Positions 42,725 through 52,595 of a stretch of 64,000 nt of DNA are shown here, piece by piece (position 1 is the stretch's first letter; every line of letters begins with the position of its first letter). This stretch comes from Longimicrobiales bacterium (GTDB lineage Bacteria > Gemmatimonadota > Gemmatimonadetes > Longimicrobiales > Gaopeijiaceae): NCBI GenBank assembly GCA_965248195.1, contig CBDFIQ010000002.1, forward strand, positions 2,432,001-2,496,000, in the 5' to 3' direction. Position numbers and translations under genes: made by a program. The notes below the pieces were generated by a model that saw nothing but the letters and a program-made list of their open reading frames with translations, was not told the origin of the DNA and did not search any database.

Positions 42725-43315
42725 CTAAAGGCGATCCTCCGCTCGAACTCCCAAAACGTCGGCTATGTTCCGCATCCCGTCGATCACGTTCTGTATGTGC
42801 TCACTACGTTCCATTCCCAGAAGCTCGACACCCCGTGCGACATCGTCCCGGTTCACCCCCGCCGCAAAGGCCTTGTCCTTCAACTTCTTGGTGACCGACT
42901 TGGGCGCGAGGTCGTCGATCCCGTTGGGCCTGACCAGACAACACGCGTACACCAACCCTGAAAGCTCATCACAGGCGAAGAGAACCCGATCGAGCAGTCC
43001 ATCCGGCTCCACCCCCGTGCGGTCGGGCGCGTGTGCCCGAATCGCCTGGAGAATCGCATCGGGGTATCCGAGATCCTCCAGCTCGGCGAGCCCCCGATGC
43101 GGGTGCTCGTCCGGATACCTCTCCCAATCGAGGTCGTGGAGAAGTCCTGCCGTTCCCCAGAGGTCTTCATCCTCACCGTGGATTCGGGCGTAGTGCCGAC
43201 AAGAAGCCTCCACCGCCAGCATGTGTTTTCTCAGACCTTCGTTTTCGACCCAAGTCTCCAGAAGGGTCAGTGCCGAGGCGCGGTCGGGGATCTGTGGGCT
43301 CACGTTCGACTCCAT
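42725..43315 (-). CDS. HD-domain (HDIG-type) phosphohydrolase
   Basis: LRKHMLAVEA, GLLHDLDWE, LFACDELSGL, KKLKDKAFAAGVNR. Confidence 0.9.
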   Translation of the reverse strand: MESNVSPQIPDRASALTLLETWVENEGLRKHMLAVEASCRHYARIHGEDEDLWGTAGLLHDLDWERYPDEHPHRGLAELEDLGYPDAILQAIRAHAPDRTGVEPDGLLDRVLFACDELSGLVYACCLVRPNGIDDLAPKSVTKKLKDKAFAAGVNRDDVARGVELLGMERSEHIQNVIDGMRNIADVLGVRAEDRL

Positions 43316-43350
43316 TCCATTCGGTGAATACACCCCGTCGTCCGGTGGTG

Positions 43351-44001
43351 TCAGACCCTCGAGGAGGGACACAGGTGGGACATCACACACGCCTCGCACC
43401 GTGGCCTTCTGGCAATACAAACCTGACGTCCGTGAAATATCAACAAGTGGGACAACAGGGTCCAACGCTCCTCGGGGAACAGCCCCATGAGGTCTCCTTC
43501 GACCTTCTCGGGGGTCTTCTGCTTGGTGAGGGCGAGGAGCGTCGAGAGCCGCTTCACGTGTGTGTCGACGACGACCCCCTCACTGATTCCGAACGCGTTC
43601 CCCAGGATCACGTTCGCGGTCTTTCGCCCCACACCCGGCAGCGCCGTCAACTCCTTCATGGTGCTCGGCACGTCGCCGCCGTGGAGCTCGGTGACGCCTT
43701 GGGCGAAACCGATGATGTTCTTGGTCTTGTTTCGGAAGAATCCGGTGGAGCGGATAATCTCCTCCACCTCCTCCGGTCGGGCGTCGGCGAGGTGGGCGGG
43801 GGTCGGGCACCGCTCGAACAGGACTGGAGTGACCATGTTCACTCGTTCGTCGGTCGTCTGGGCGGAGAGGATGGTCGCCACCCCGAGTTGGTAGGCGTTG
43901 GTATGCGTCAGGGCGCAGCGAGCCTCGGGGTATTCCTTCACCAACAGGTCGAACACCTCGGCGGCACGCTCCGCCCTGGCCACCTTCGACTCCGTCGCCA
44001 T
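43351..44001 (-). CDS. nth: Endonuclease III
   Basis: ILSAQTTD, HhH LPGVGRKTANV, VDTHV, 4Fe-4S motif CIARRPRCEACVMSHLC. Confidence 0.96.
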   Translation of the reverse strand: MATESKVARAERAAEVFDLLVKEYPEARCALTHTNAYQLGVATILSAQTTDERVNMVTPVLFERCPTPAHLADARPEEVEEIIRSTGFFRNKTKNIIGFAQGVTELHGGDVPSTMKELTALPGVGRKTANVILGNAFGISEGVVVDTHVKRLSTLLALTKQKTPEKVEGDLMGLFPEERWTLLSHLLIFHGRQVCIARRPRCEACVMSHLCPSSRV

Positions 44002-44007
44002 AATCCT

Positions 44008-45459
44008 CTAAAGCCTCCGGACCAGCCAGCCATTGACCAGCAATAGAACCGCGATGGCGATCGCGAATTGAATCAGGACCGTGCCGATGTTGAACGGTGA
44101 AAAGAGCGTCCAGGTCACTCGGAACGACTCCCCTCGGGCCTGAAACAGCCACCACCCCATGAGCACCACCGACTCCACGATCACGAGGCGAATGCTCCAG
44201 TCCCACCATGCGCCGACGTGGATGTCGGAGTGTCCGGTGTTGATGTATTTCGCGCGCCATGCGGTCACACCGTACCTGAGCACGGCAAACGCGAAGAAGA
44301 AGCCCGAGAGCATCAAGCCCACGCCCCACACCCAGTCCTGATTGGCGAAGAACGGGCCGGCACCCGGTGTGTCCGTCCAATTGAGCGCGCTGGGCGCCCC
44401 AAAAGCGATGCCCGCCGCTCCGACGACAGCGATCGCCCGGCCTCGCGTAAGGCCCAGATCGATCAAGATACGACTGGCCAACTCGATCATCGCCACCAAT
44501 GACGTCCATGCGGCGAACACCAGCGCCAGGAAGAACAGGGCCATGAAAAACCGGCCACCCGGAATCAACGCGAAGAGCTGGGGCACCCAGATGAAGGTCA
44601 ACCCCTCGTTGCCCGCGCCCACGATCTGGTCGGCGGCGTTCGGCATCACCGCAAACACGGTGCAGAGCACCATGATGCCCGCGAGAAGTGACATCGCGTT
44701 GTTGCCGAAGCCGATGACGAAGGCGTTGAGCGCCGTGTCCTCGCGGCTCCTCATGTAGATGGCGTAGGTGAGCACCAAGCCCCAGCCAGCGCCAGTATCC
44801 CACGCGTTCTGGGTCAGCGCTTCCAGCCAGATCCTCGAATCCGCGAGGTCTGCCAGATGCGGCGTGAAGAGGAACGCCAGTCCTTCTGCCGCCCCCGGGA
44901 GTGTGACCGCCCGGATCGCGAGGACGATCACGAGGAAAATGAGACTGGGGATCAGGAACTTGGCCGCCGTCTCGATGCCCTTCACACCCTTCGACACGAC
45001 GAAGACACCCATCCCCATGGCCACGACGTGCGTCACCAGCGCCGCTGGCGTCCCTGCGTATCCCTCCCAGAAGGCCTCGGGCACGGCCGAGGGGACCGCC
45101 CCGGTAACGCTGGCCAGGAAGAAGCGGATCGTCCAACCCATCACCACGCTGTAGTAGAACATGATGGCGGTCGCGGTGAAGGCCACCCAGGCCCCCATCC
45201 AAGCGAATCCCGGACCGATCATCTTCACGAACGATCCGATCGTCCCGGAGCGTGTCGCCTTCCCCATCCCGAATTCGAGAATAAGCAGTGGTACGGACCA
45301 GAGCAGCAGGAACACGGCCCAGGCAACGAGGAACGAGCCCCCACCGTTGGACGCGGCAATCCTTGGAAAACGCCAGATATTCCCGGTGCCCACGGCCATT
45401 CCCAGCATGGCCAGGAGCATGCCCCAGCGTGAGGTGAAGACTTCGGACTTGGACGACAA
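44008..45459 (-). CDS. Sodium-dependent transporter, NSS/SNF family
   Basis: FTSRWG, AVGTGNIWRFP, GGGSFL; TTG start with GGAGG ribosome-binding site. Confidence 0.93.
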   Translation of the reverse strand: MSSKSEVFTSRWGMLLAMLGMAVGTGNIWRFPRIAASNGGGSFLVAWAVFLLLWSVPLLILEFGMGKATRSGTIGSFVKMIGPGFAWMGAWVAFTATAIMFYYSVVMGWTIRFFLASVTGAVPSAVPEAFWEGYAGTPAALVTHVVAMGMGVFVVSKGVKGIETAAKFLIPSLIFLVIVLAIRAVTLPGAAEGLAFLFTPHLADLADSRIWLEALTQNAWDTGAGWGLVLTYAIYMRSREDTALNAFVIGFGNNAMSLLAGIMVLCTVFAVMPNAADQIVGAGNEGLTFIWVPQLFALIPGGRFFMALFFLALVFAAWTSLVAMIELASRILIDLGLTRGRAIAVVGAAGIAFGAPSALNWTDTPGAGPFFANQDWVWGVGLMLSGFFFAFAVLRYGVTAWRAKYINTGHSDIHVGAWWDWSIRLVIVESVVLMGWWLFQARGESFRVTWTLFSPFNIGTVLIQFAIAIAVLLLVNGWLVRRL

Positions 45460-45473
45460 TCCAGCCTCCTGAT

Positions 45474-46805
45474 TCAGGTCGAGGATTCCCCGGCCAACTG
45501 CTCCTGGATCCAACCCGGTACGGCTTCGGCGTTGACCCGCACCTGTTCGAGCGTGTCCCGATCCCGGATCGTGACGGTGCCGTCTTCAGACGTCTGCCCG
45601 TCCACCGTGATGCACCACGGTGTCCCCGCTTCGTCTTGGCGCCGGTAGCGCCGACCGATGGAGCCCGCCGCGTCGTAAAACGACGGGATCGAGCGAGACC
45701 GTAAATCGGCGTGTAAGTTCTCGGCGATCTGGGGCAGGCCGTCCTTCTTTACCAGAGGGAACACGGCGGCCTTCAGGGGCGCGAGACTTGGAGCGAGTTT
45801 CAGAAGCACACGCTCTTCTCCCTCCACCTCCTCTTCGGTGTAGGCGTCGGCCAGAGCCACCAGGACCGTGCGGTCCACGCCCACCGCGGTCTCAACCACG
45901 TAGGGCAGGAAACGCTTTTCCGCCGCCGTATCGATGTATTCCAGCCGCTTGCCCGAGTACTCCTGGTGCCGTCCAAGGTCGAAGTCGGTCCGGTTGTGAA
46001 TTCCCTCGAACTCCTGCCACCCGAAGGGAAACTCGTACTCGATGTCGAACGCTTTCTTAGCGTAGTGCGCCAGCTCGTCCGGTCCATGCTCGTGGAAGCG
46101 GAGCTTCTCCTTGCGAATCCCCAGCGACAGATGCCACTCGAGACGGGCGTTCATCCAGTAGTCGAACCACTCTTCGTCGGTCCCCGGCTCCACGAAGAAC
46201 TGGAGCTCCATCTGTTCGAACTCACGCGTCCGGAAGATGAAGTTCCCCGGCGTGATCTCGTTCCGGAACGCCTTGCCGATCTGGGCGATTCCGAAGGGGA
46301 TCTTCTGGCGCGCCGACGTCTGAACGTTCAGGAAGTTCACGTAGGAGCCCTGGGCCGTCTCGGGCCGCAGATAGATCACGGCCGCATCCTCCTCCACCGG
46401 CCCCATGAACGTCTTGAACATCAGGTTGAAGAGGCGCGGTTCACCGAAGGTGTCCTTGGTCCCACAGGTAGGACACTGACCCCCCTCGACCTCGGGGAGA
46501 TCGGCGCGGAAGCGCCGGTGGCAGTTGCCGCACTCTACGAGCGGATCCGTGAAGCCCTCCACGTGCCCCGAGGCCTCCCAGACCCTCGGATGCATCAGAA
46601 TCGACGCGTCGAGTCCCTCGACGTCGTCACGCTGATGCACCATCGTGCTCCACCAGCGGTCCTTGACGTTACGTTTCAGTTCGATACCCAGGGGACCGTA
46701 GTCCCACACCGACCCCGTTCCACCATAGATCTCGGACGACTGGAAGATGAATCCCCGGCGCTTGGCAAGGGACGTAAGCTTATCCATCAGTGAGGTCTGA
46801 GCCAT
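45474..46805 (-). CDS. glyQS: Glycine--tRNA ligase (alpha2 type)
   Basis: KRRGFIFQSSEIYGG, YLRPETAQG, FRNEITPGNFIFRTREFEQME, GSIGRRYRRQDEAG. Confidence 0.97.
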   Translation of the reverse strand: MAQTSLMDKLTSLAKRRGFIFQSSEIYGGTGSVWDYGPLGIELKRNVKDRWWSTMVHQRDDVEGLDASILMHPRVWEASGHVEGFTDPLVECGNCHRRFRADLPEVEGGQCPTCGTKDTFGEPRLFNLMFKTFMGPVEEDAAVIYLRPETAQGSYVNFLNVQTSARQKIPFGIAQIGKAFRNEITPGNFIFRTREFEQMELQFFVEPGTDEEWFDYWMNARLEWHLSLGIRKEKLRFHEHGPDELAHYAKKAFDIEYEFPFGWQEFEGIHNRTDFDLGRHQEYSGKRLEYIDTAAEKRFLPYVVETAVGVDRTVLVALADAYTEEEVEGEERVLLKLAPSLAPLKAAVFPLVKKDGLPQIAENLHADLRSRSIPSFYDAAGSIGRRYRRQDEAGTPWCITVDGQTSEDGTVTIRDRDTLEQVRVNAEAVPGWIQEQLAGESST

Positions 46806-46979
46806 CGGGGTCGATCCAGTGAGCCGGTTGTTTCGGTGAGTCGAAGCGATGGAAGCTAGACCAGCGCGCCCACCGCATCAACAGCCTTCTAGAACCCCGG
46901 AAGGGAACGCGGGTATACGGGCTCAGTGTGGTTTTGAAGCGCGGCGCATGCCGGACTCGCACTTCTCAGGAGTGGTTGG

Positions 46980-47573
46980 ATGATAACGCTGACGGATGGA
47001 GCCCTCGAAGTGGTTCGCAGCTATATGGATCAAAGCGATGGCGAGTTTACTGCGCTTCGGATCGGCATCTCGGGGGGCACGCCCCTGTCGCCCGACTTCG
47101 AGCTCACGCTCGTGGGGCCGGACGACATTCGTAAGAGCGAGCAAAGGGTAGACGTGGGCGACCTTACGATCGTCGTCGAAGAGGAGTTCGTGCCGCGCCT
47201 CGAGGGAGCGACGGTGGATTTCATCCAGCGTGTGAATGAAAGCGGCTTCGAGATCTCGTTGGCCGAGACTGCGCAGGCCGCAGCACCGACCCTCGAGGGG
47301 CCGCTCGCTGAACGGGTGAAGACGGTCTTGGAAACGGAGATCAATCCGGCTATCGCTTCGCACGGAGGCACCATCACGCTGGTGGGCGTCGAAGACACCG
47401 AGATCTACCTGGAGATGGGCGGCGGGTGTCAAGGGTGCGCCATGTCACGCATGACGCTCCGCCAGGGTGTGGAGCGCATGGTCCGCCAGGCGGTGCCCGA
47501 GGTAACCGTCATCCACGACATCACCGACCACGCGTCGGGCGAGAATCCGTTCTTCGAAGGACCGGCGGTTTAA
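46980..47573 (+). CDS. nfuA: NfuA Fe-S cluster carrier
   Basis: Degenerate A-type N-terminal domain plus NifU-like INPAIASHGG...GGGCQGC. Confidence 0.9.
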   Translation: MITLTDGALEVVRSYMDQSDGEFTALRIGISGGTPLSPDFELTLVGPDDIRKSEQRVDVGDLTIVVEEEFVPRLEGATVDFIQRVNESGFEISLAETAQAAAPTLEGPLAERVKTVLETEINPAIASHGGTITLVGVEDTEIYLEMGGGCQGCAMSRMTLRQGVERMVRQAVPEVTVIHDITDHASGENPFFEGPAV

Positions 47574-47736
47574 GCGCTTCAGGCGTAATAGACCAAATAT
47601 CCCAGAACCTACCCCCCATCCTTGTGGTCTACAGCCCCCAACTGTACCCTGCCTTGATTGTGACACCATCCCTCGTCGATCGTGCGCACAGGTGGCGGCC
47701 CACCCCCCCTTCCCATCACCCTCCTAGGTACCGCCA

Positions 47737-48135
47737 GTGGTGATCTACGGCGTGGCATTGCTTGCGGGGTGCATGCTGGTCGGCGCGTTTATTGGGGAGC
47801 TGATCGGGGTGCTGATTGGCATCGACGCGAATGTCGGCGGTGTCGGTATCTCAATGTTGCTGCTGATTCTGGTTGCTGCAAAAGGGCAGGCCAGCGGTCG
47901 CCTCCGTCCCATCTCCCAAACGGGCATCACTTTTTGGAGCGGAATCTACATACCGGTAGTCGTGGCGATGGCGGCTAGCCAGAACGTGGTGGCGGCGGTA
48001 AGAGGCGGGACCGCTGCCGTGCTGGCCGGAGTCCTAGCCGTTGTCGTTAGCTGTGCCCTGGTACCGTTGCTCAGTCGCATCGGCGGTGAACCGCCGCCGC
48101 CGCTGCCGGACGCATCAGGCGAGCAGGGCGTATGA
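47737..48135 (+). CDS. madL: Malonate transporter subunit MadL
   Basis: IYGVALLA, ANVGGVGISM, FWSGIYIPVVVAMAASQNV. Confidence 0.9.
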   Translation: MVIYGVALLAGCMLVGAFIGELIGVLIGIDANVGGVGISMLLLILVAAKGQASGRLRPISQTGITFWSGIYIPVVVAMAASQNVVAAVRGGTAAVLAGVLAVVVSCALVPLLSRIGGEPPPPLPDASGEQGV

Positions 48136-48905
48136 CCGAGGTTATCGGTCTCATGGCAGAGGTAATGAGCCGATATGGCTTGATTACTGCCTTCGCCGTC
48201 GTCGGGATCACCGTGTGGGTGTCGTATCAGCTGTCCGGGCGTCTGACTAGAGGGCACCTTCATGGGTCGGCCATCGCCATCATGCTGGGCTTGCTGGCGG
48301 CATATCTTGGCGGCGTCATTACCGGAGGGTCCCGCGGCATTGCCGACCTGGAGGTATTGGCCGGTATCGGATTGATGGGCGGCGGCATGCTTCGGGACTT
48401 CGCAATCATTGCCACGGCTTTCGGCGTGAATACGCGGGAGTTGGCGCGTGCCGGAGCGAGTGGGGTCATCTCTCTGTTTGCTGGCGTGTTCGTGTCGTTT
48501 GCGATCGGCGCGGCGGTGGCCTATGCCTTCGGCTATACCGATCCCGTGAGTATGACCACGATAGGCGGCGGTGCGGCCACGTACATCGTCGGGCCCGTTA
48601 CCGGTGCGGCCATTGGGGCTAGTTCCGATGTGATCGCACTCAGTATTGCAGCAGGGCTGATCAAATCCATGTTGGTCATGGCTGGAACACCGTTTGTCGC
48701 ACCACTGATCGGACTGAACAATCCGCGTTCGGCGATGATCTATGGTGGCCTCATGGGCACCACGAGCGGTGTGGCAGGGGGCCTGGCCGCCACCGATGAA
48801 CGTCTGGTTCCTTATGGCGCGATGACGGCTACGTTCTATACCGGATTGGGTGCCCTGTTAGGGCCTTCGGTGATTTTCGTCGTCATCAGGGCAATCATGA
48901 GCTAG
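48132..48905 (+). CDS. madM: Malonate transporter subunit MadM
   Basis: HGSAIAI, GLMGGGMLRDFAI, GLMGTTSGVAGGLAATD..LVPYGAMTATFYTG. Confidence 0.92.
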   Translation: MTEVIGLMAEVMSRYGLITAFAVVGITVWVSYQLSGRLTRGHLHGSAIAIMLGLLAAYLGGVITGGSRGIADLEVLAGIGLMGGGMLRDFAIIATAFGVNTRELARAGASGVISLFAGVFVSFAIGAAVAYAFGYTDPVSMTTIGGGAATYIVGPVTGAAIGASSDVIALSIAAGLIKSMLVMAGTPFVAPLIGLNNPRSAMIYGGLMGTTSGVAGGLAATDERLVPYGAMTATFYTGLGALLGPSVIFVVIRAIMS

Positions 48906-48946
48906 CCGTCCGACACGACGGCGCTGGATCGAGGAGAGACCGAAGC

Positions 48947-50437
48947 ATGCCTGAACTCGAGTTGGTTCGGCGGGGAAAGAGTTCCGGGGCACGGGTTGCA
49001 GTGACATCCAATGGTCACGATCACTCGTACGACTCTTTGCTCTCGGCATCGGAGGCAGTAGCCGCCAATCTGCTCGAGGGGTCGACCGACCTGGGTGAAG
49101 AGCGTGTCGCTTTTCTCATCCCGGGGAGCTTCGAGTACGCATCGGTCCAGTGGGGCATATGGAGAGCCGGTGGAATTGGGGTGCCACTGAGCCTGTCCGC
49201 GGCAGACCCGGAGCTCGAACACGTGATCACCGATGCCCAGGTTGATCGAATCATCGCGCCCGAGGATTCACTGGCCAAGCTCAGACCACTTTGTGATCGG
49301 CTTTCGAAGCCCCTGCTCAGTGTTGATCGGATCTCGTCGGGGAAGTCCGGGCCGTTGCCGGACCTGGAGCCCGGAAGGCGGGCAATGATTCTCTACACGA
49401 GCGGCACGACCAGCAAGCCCAAAGGTGTAGTGAGCACTCACGCCAACATTCAGGCGCAGATCACGGCGCTGGTAGAAGCCTGGGGTTGGCAATCGGAAGA
49501 TTCGATTCCGCTGTTTCTACCGCTGCATCATATTCACGGTATCGTCAACGTGATGAGTTGCGCGTTGTGGTCGGGTGCCAGGGTGGACTGTTTCGACTCC
49601 TTCGATGCAAGGGCGGTTCTGGAGCGCGTGGCTGACAAGCGGTATTCGGTCTTCATGGGGGTTCCGACCATCTACGTCAAGTTGATCCGGATCCTAGAAG
49701 ATGCCGATGAGGCGGATCGGGCGCGATACACTGATGGATTCGCCCATATGCGATTGATGGTGTCGGGTTCCGCCGCCTTACCGGCCAGTGTGCATGAACA
49801 ATGGACGGGCTTGACCGGACAGAAACTTCTCGAGCGTTACGGCATGACGGAAATCGGCATGGCGATCTCCAACCCTCTGCAAGGGGAGCGCAGGCCGGGT
49901 GCCGTGGGCGTGGCGCTGCCTGGCGTCACCGTCAGATTAGTTAGTGAAGTGGGCGAGTTGATTGAAGCGGAGCACGAACCCGGAGAGATTCAGGTTCGTG
50001 GGCCCGCGGTGTTCTCCGAGTACTGGAACAAGCCCGACGTGACGCGGGCATCTTTCGTGGAGGGATGGTTCCGTACGGGGGATATGGCGGTGCTGGAGGA
50101 TGGGTATTATCGCATCATGGGTCGCCTGTCGGTGGATATTATCAAGTCGGGCGGATACAAGCTTTCAGCCCTGGAAATTGAGGATACCTTGCTTATGCAT
50201 CCGGCGATCCGCGAGTGTGCAGTGGTTGGCGTGCCGGACGATACCTGGGGGGAGGTGGTGGCAGTTGCCATCGTAGCCCGTGACGGGGAGCACATCGAGC
50301 TCCCGGCTCTGAAAGAGTGGGCCACTGAGCGCATGTCCGGGTACAAGATTCCCAAGTCGCTGTTGCTGTTGGAGGATTTGCCGAGAAACGCCATGGGCAA
50401 GGTGACCAAGCCTGCCATCCAAGATCTTTTCGACTGA
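48947..50437 (+). CDS. matB: Acyl-CoA synthetase, probably malonyl-CoA synthetase
   Basis: YTSGTTSKPKG, ERYGMTEIGM (MatB/ACSF3-type), LPRNAMGKV; follows madLM. Confidence 0.85.
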   Translation: MPELELVRRGKSSGARVAVTSNGHDHSYDSLLSASEAVAANLLEGSTDLGEERVAFLIPGSFEYASVQWGIWRAGGIGVPLSLSAADPELEHVITDAQVDRIIAPEDSLAKLRPLCDRLSKPLLSVDRISSGKSGPLPDLEPGRRAMILYTSGTTSKPKGVVSTHANIQAQITALVEAWGWQSEDSIPLFLPLHHIHGIVNVMSCALWSGARVDCFDSFDARAVLERVADKRYSVFMGVPTIYVKLIRILEDADEADRARYTDGFAHMRLMVSGSAALPASVHEQWTGLTGQKLLERYGMTEIGMAISNPLQGERRPGAVGVALPGVTVRLVSEVGELIEAEHEPGEIQVRGPAVFSEYWNKPDVTRASFVEGWFRTGDMAVLEDGYYRIMGRLSVDIIKSGGYKLSALEIEDTLLMHPAIRECAVVGVPDDTWGEVVAVAIVARDGEHIELPALKEWATERMSGYKIPKSLLLLEDLPRNAMGKVTKPAIQDLFD

Positions 50438-50569
50438 AGCGGCCTGCTTCGCTCTGGCTTTGCCTGGCACCCGATCTGACCACCTCGACCCTGACTCATT
50501 CCAGAAGCTACCGAAGGTCGCTGTGTGTCCAGAGCCCTACTGCATCCTCAACGCTGAAGCGAGCACACC

Positions 50570-51694
50570 ATGGACCATCTGAATCGTCGAGATTTCGTAA
50601 GGAAGGCCGGCCTCGGCGCGGCCGGAACGGGTATTCTCGCGGGTTGCGGATCCGCCGACAGGCCGAGTGCAGCGGTAGAGGGCGAAATCTCAGGCCCCAG
50701 GGTCAGTTGGCGCTTGGCGACGAGCTTTCCGCCGAGTCTGGACATTCTCCATGGGGCCGCCTTGGTCGTTGCGGACCGGGTAGAGGCCCTCACAGGTGGA
50801 CGCTTCACGATCCGTGTCTTTCCCCCGGGAGAACTCGTTCCTGCGCTCCAGGTCATGGACGCTGTGCAGTCAGGCACGGTGCACGCAGGTTATACGAGCG
50901 ATTACTACTACATCGGCAAACATCCGGCGCTCGCATTCGGAACCTCCGTCCCCTTCGGGCTAAACGCGCGCCAGCAGACGGCCTGGCTGCACTACGGCGG
51001 CGGCCTGGAAATGCTCCGTGACATCTATGCGGACTTTGGAATGACCTCGATTCCGTGTGGAAACACCGGAACTCAGTTCGGGGGGTGGTTTCGGAGCCCC
51101 GTCGAGACGCTCGCCGACTTGCGGGGTGTGCGTATGCGCATCCCCGGACTCGCCGGAGAGATCATGGCACGCCTGGGCGTCACGGTCCACGTGCTCGGTG
51201 GCCCCGACGTGTTTCCCGCCTTGGAACGAGGCGCGATCGACGCGGCGGAGTGGGTGGGACCCTACGACGATGAGAAGCTCGGGTTCCACGAGATCGCGAA
51301 GAACTACTACGTCCCGGGGTGGTGGGAGCCGGGGCCGGCGACCGTTCTACAGATCGGCCTCGACGCTTGGAACGACTTGCCGCCCTCCTACCAGGCCGCC
51401 GTGGAGAGCGCGTGTAGTGACTCGACCCATATGACGCTGGGACGCTACGACGTGGAGAATCCTCCCGCGTTGGAGCGTCTCACCAACGAGCACGGCGTGA
51501 CCCTGCGCAGCTTCTCGGACGAGATCCTGGAGGCCGCCTGGACCGAGAGCGAGGTCTATCTCGAGGAGCAGGCCGCCGCGAACGCGGATTTCCGGCGGGT
51601 CTACACGTCCTGGCGGGAATTCCGGGACGCGAGCTTCCGGTACTTTTCCAGTAACGAGTCGGTATACGCCAACTTCGCGTTCCCCAGGACGTAG
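50570..51694 (+). CDS. dctP: TRAP transporter substrate-binding protein (Tat signal)
   Basis: NRRDFVRK, GNTGTQFGGWF, MRIPG, ALERGAIDAAEWVGPYDD, PGWWEP. Confidence 0.93.
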   Translation: MDHLNRRDFVRKAGLGAAGTGILAGCGSADRPSAAVEGEISGPRVSWRLATSFPPSLDILHGAALVVADRVEALTGGRFTIRVFPPGELVPALQVMDAVQSGTVHAGYTSDYYYIGKHPALAFGTSVPFGLNARQQTAWLHYGGGLEMLRDIYADFGMTSIPCGNTGTQFGGWFRSPVETLADLRGVRMRIPGLAGEIMARLGVTVHVLGGPDVFPALERGAIDAAEWVGPYDDEKLGFHEIAKNYYVPGWWEPGPATVLQIGLDAWNDLPPSYQAAVESACSDSTHMTLGRYDVENPPALERLTNEHGVTLRSFSDEILEAAWTESEVYLEEQAAANADFRRVYTSWREFRDASFRYFSSNESVYANFAFPRT

Positions 51695-51783
51695 GGCCGA
51701 CAGCAGCGGTTTGCCTCGCAGCCCGCGCCGCACTCGACCTTCCAAGATTTCTGCGAGAAGCCGCCTCCAGCGGCATACTTCCA

Positions 51784-51799
51784 CGGCACGGTTGTTGCA
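51784..51799 (+). promoter_or_regulatory. Sigma54 promoter CGGCAC-N5-TTGCA
   Basis: Matches the -24/-12 consensus; about 52 nt upstream of the ATG at 51852. Confidence 0.7.
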
Positions 51800-51851
51800 A
51801 CTCTCGGCGTACGATGTGAGCCGTGGCATTTACGGAATGCGGAGACGGACA

Positions 51852-52430
51852 ATGAATCTACGATGTCTTGGACATACATTTTTCTGGGCCGGCACCGCCA
51901 TGGTCCTGGCTGGGTGCGGCGACGGACTCGATCCCGAGTTGGGGCTCGTGAATGCGTTCGTTCATGACACGCCCGGAGGGTCGGGCGCGTTCATGGGTAC
52001 CGCCTCGGGGGATTTTCACGTATCCATCCGCTTGAGCGGGGGCCCGTGGGTCGAAGTAGGCTCACCCAACGGGATCACGGTGGCCCTTCAGAGCGCGACT
52101 CCGACCACCGTCCACGGATCGACGAGCGTGCCCGACGGCACGTATGATCGGGTGCGCCTGACATTGTCCCGAGTCACCTTCAGGGTCGACGCCGGTGGCA
52201 CGATCGAGTCGACCACACTCGGCGCCAACGCCTCGGCGATGGCGGCCAGCGGCCTCCCCTTGCCCCTGGAGATATCCCGCACCTTCACGGTTTCAGGCAA
52301 CGCCGAAACGGCCATCGTCTCATTCGATCTCAACGTCGAGGATTGGATCGACATCCAGAGCCTCACGGACGGCGTGATCACCGACGGAAGGCTCGAGGAG
52401 CAACTCACGGTGAGCGTCGAGAGCGGCTGA
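51852..52430 (+). CDS. Lipoprotein, DUF4382-like (paralog 1)
   Basis: Lipobox LAGC; VHDTP, VPDGTYDRVRLTL, VSFDLNVEDW. Confidence 0.72.
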   Translation: MNLRCLGHTFFWAGTAMVLAGCGDGLDPELGLVNAFVHDTPGGSGAFMGTASGDFHVSIRLSGGPWVEVGSPNGITVALQSATPTTVHGSTSVPDGTYDRVRLTLSRVTFRVDAGGTIESTTLGANASAMAASGLPLPLEISRTFTVSGNAETAIVSFDLNVEDWIDIQSLTDGVITDGRLEEQLTVSVESG

Positions 52431-52437
52431 TTCTCCA

Positions 52438-52523
52438 CCAGCGCGATCAGCTGGGTCACGACCAAGGGCTCGGCGCCCGGATAAATCGTCGTTGTGGCAA
52501 TGCTCCGCGGTGCGACTCCCCTC
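52438..52523 (-). pseudogene. Fossil fragment of the dctM 3' end
   Basis: Translates to RGVAPRSIATTTIYPGAEPLVVTQLIAL, against DctM RGVAPPSIPTTTIYRGAIPFIVIQLIVL (about 53300-53385). Confidence 0.85.
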
Positions 52524-52525
52524 CA

Positions 52526-52540
52526 TGGCACAGAAGTTGC
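52526..52540 (+). promoter_or_regulatory. Sigma54 promoter TGGCAC-N5-TTGC
   Basis: Consensus -24/-12; about 55 nt upstream of the ATG at 52596. Confidence 0.75.
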
Positions 52541-52595
52541 CCCCATGGCCCCAGTTAGCAGGGCCAGATCAAGAAACATTAGCGAGGATTCGAAG

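Noticed and set aside
47589..47631. TAGACCA...TGGTCTA as a GntR/MatR operator upstream of madL
   Set aside because: The half-sites are far apart and in the opposite arrangement to the TGGT-N3-ACCA consensus, and no regulator is nearby.
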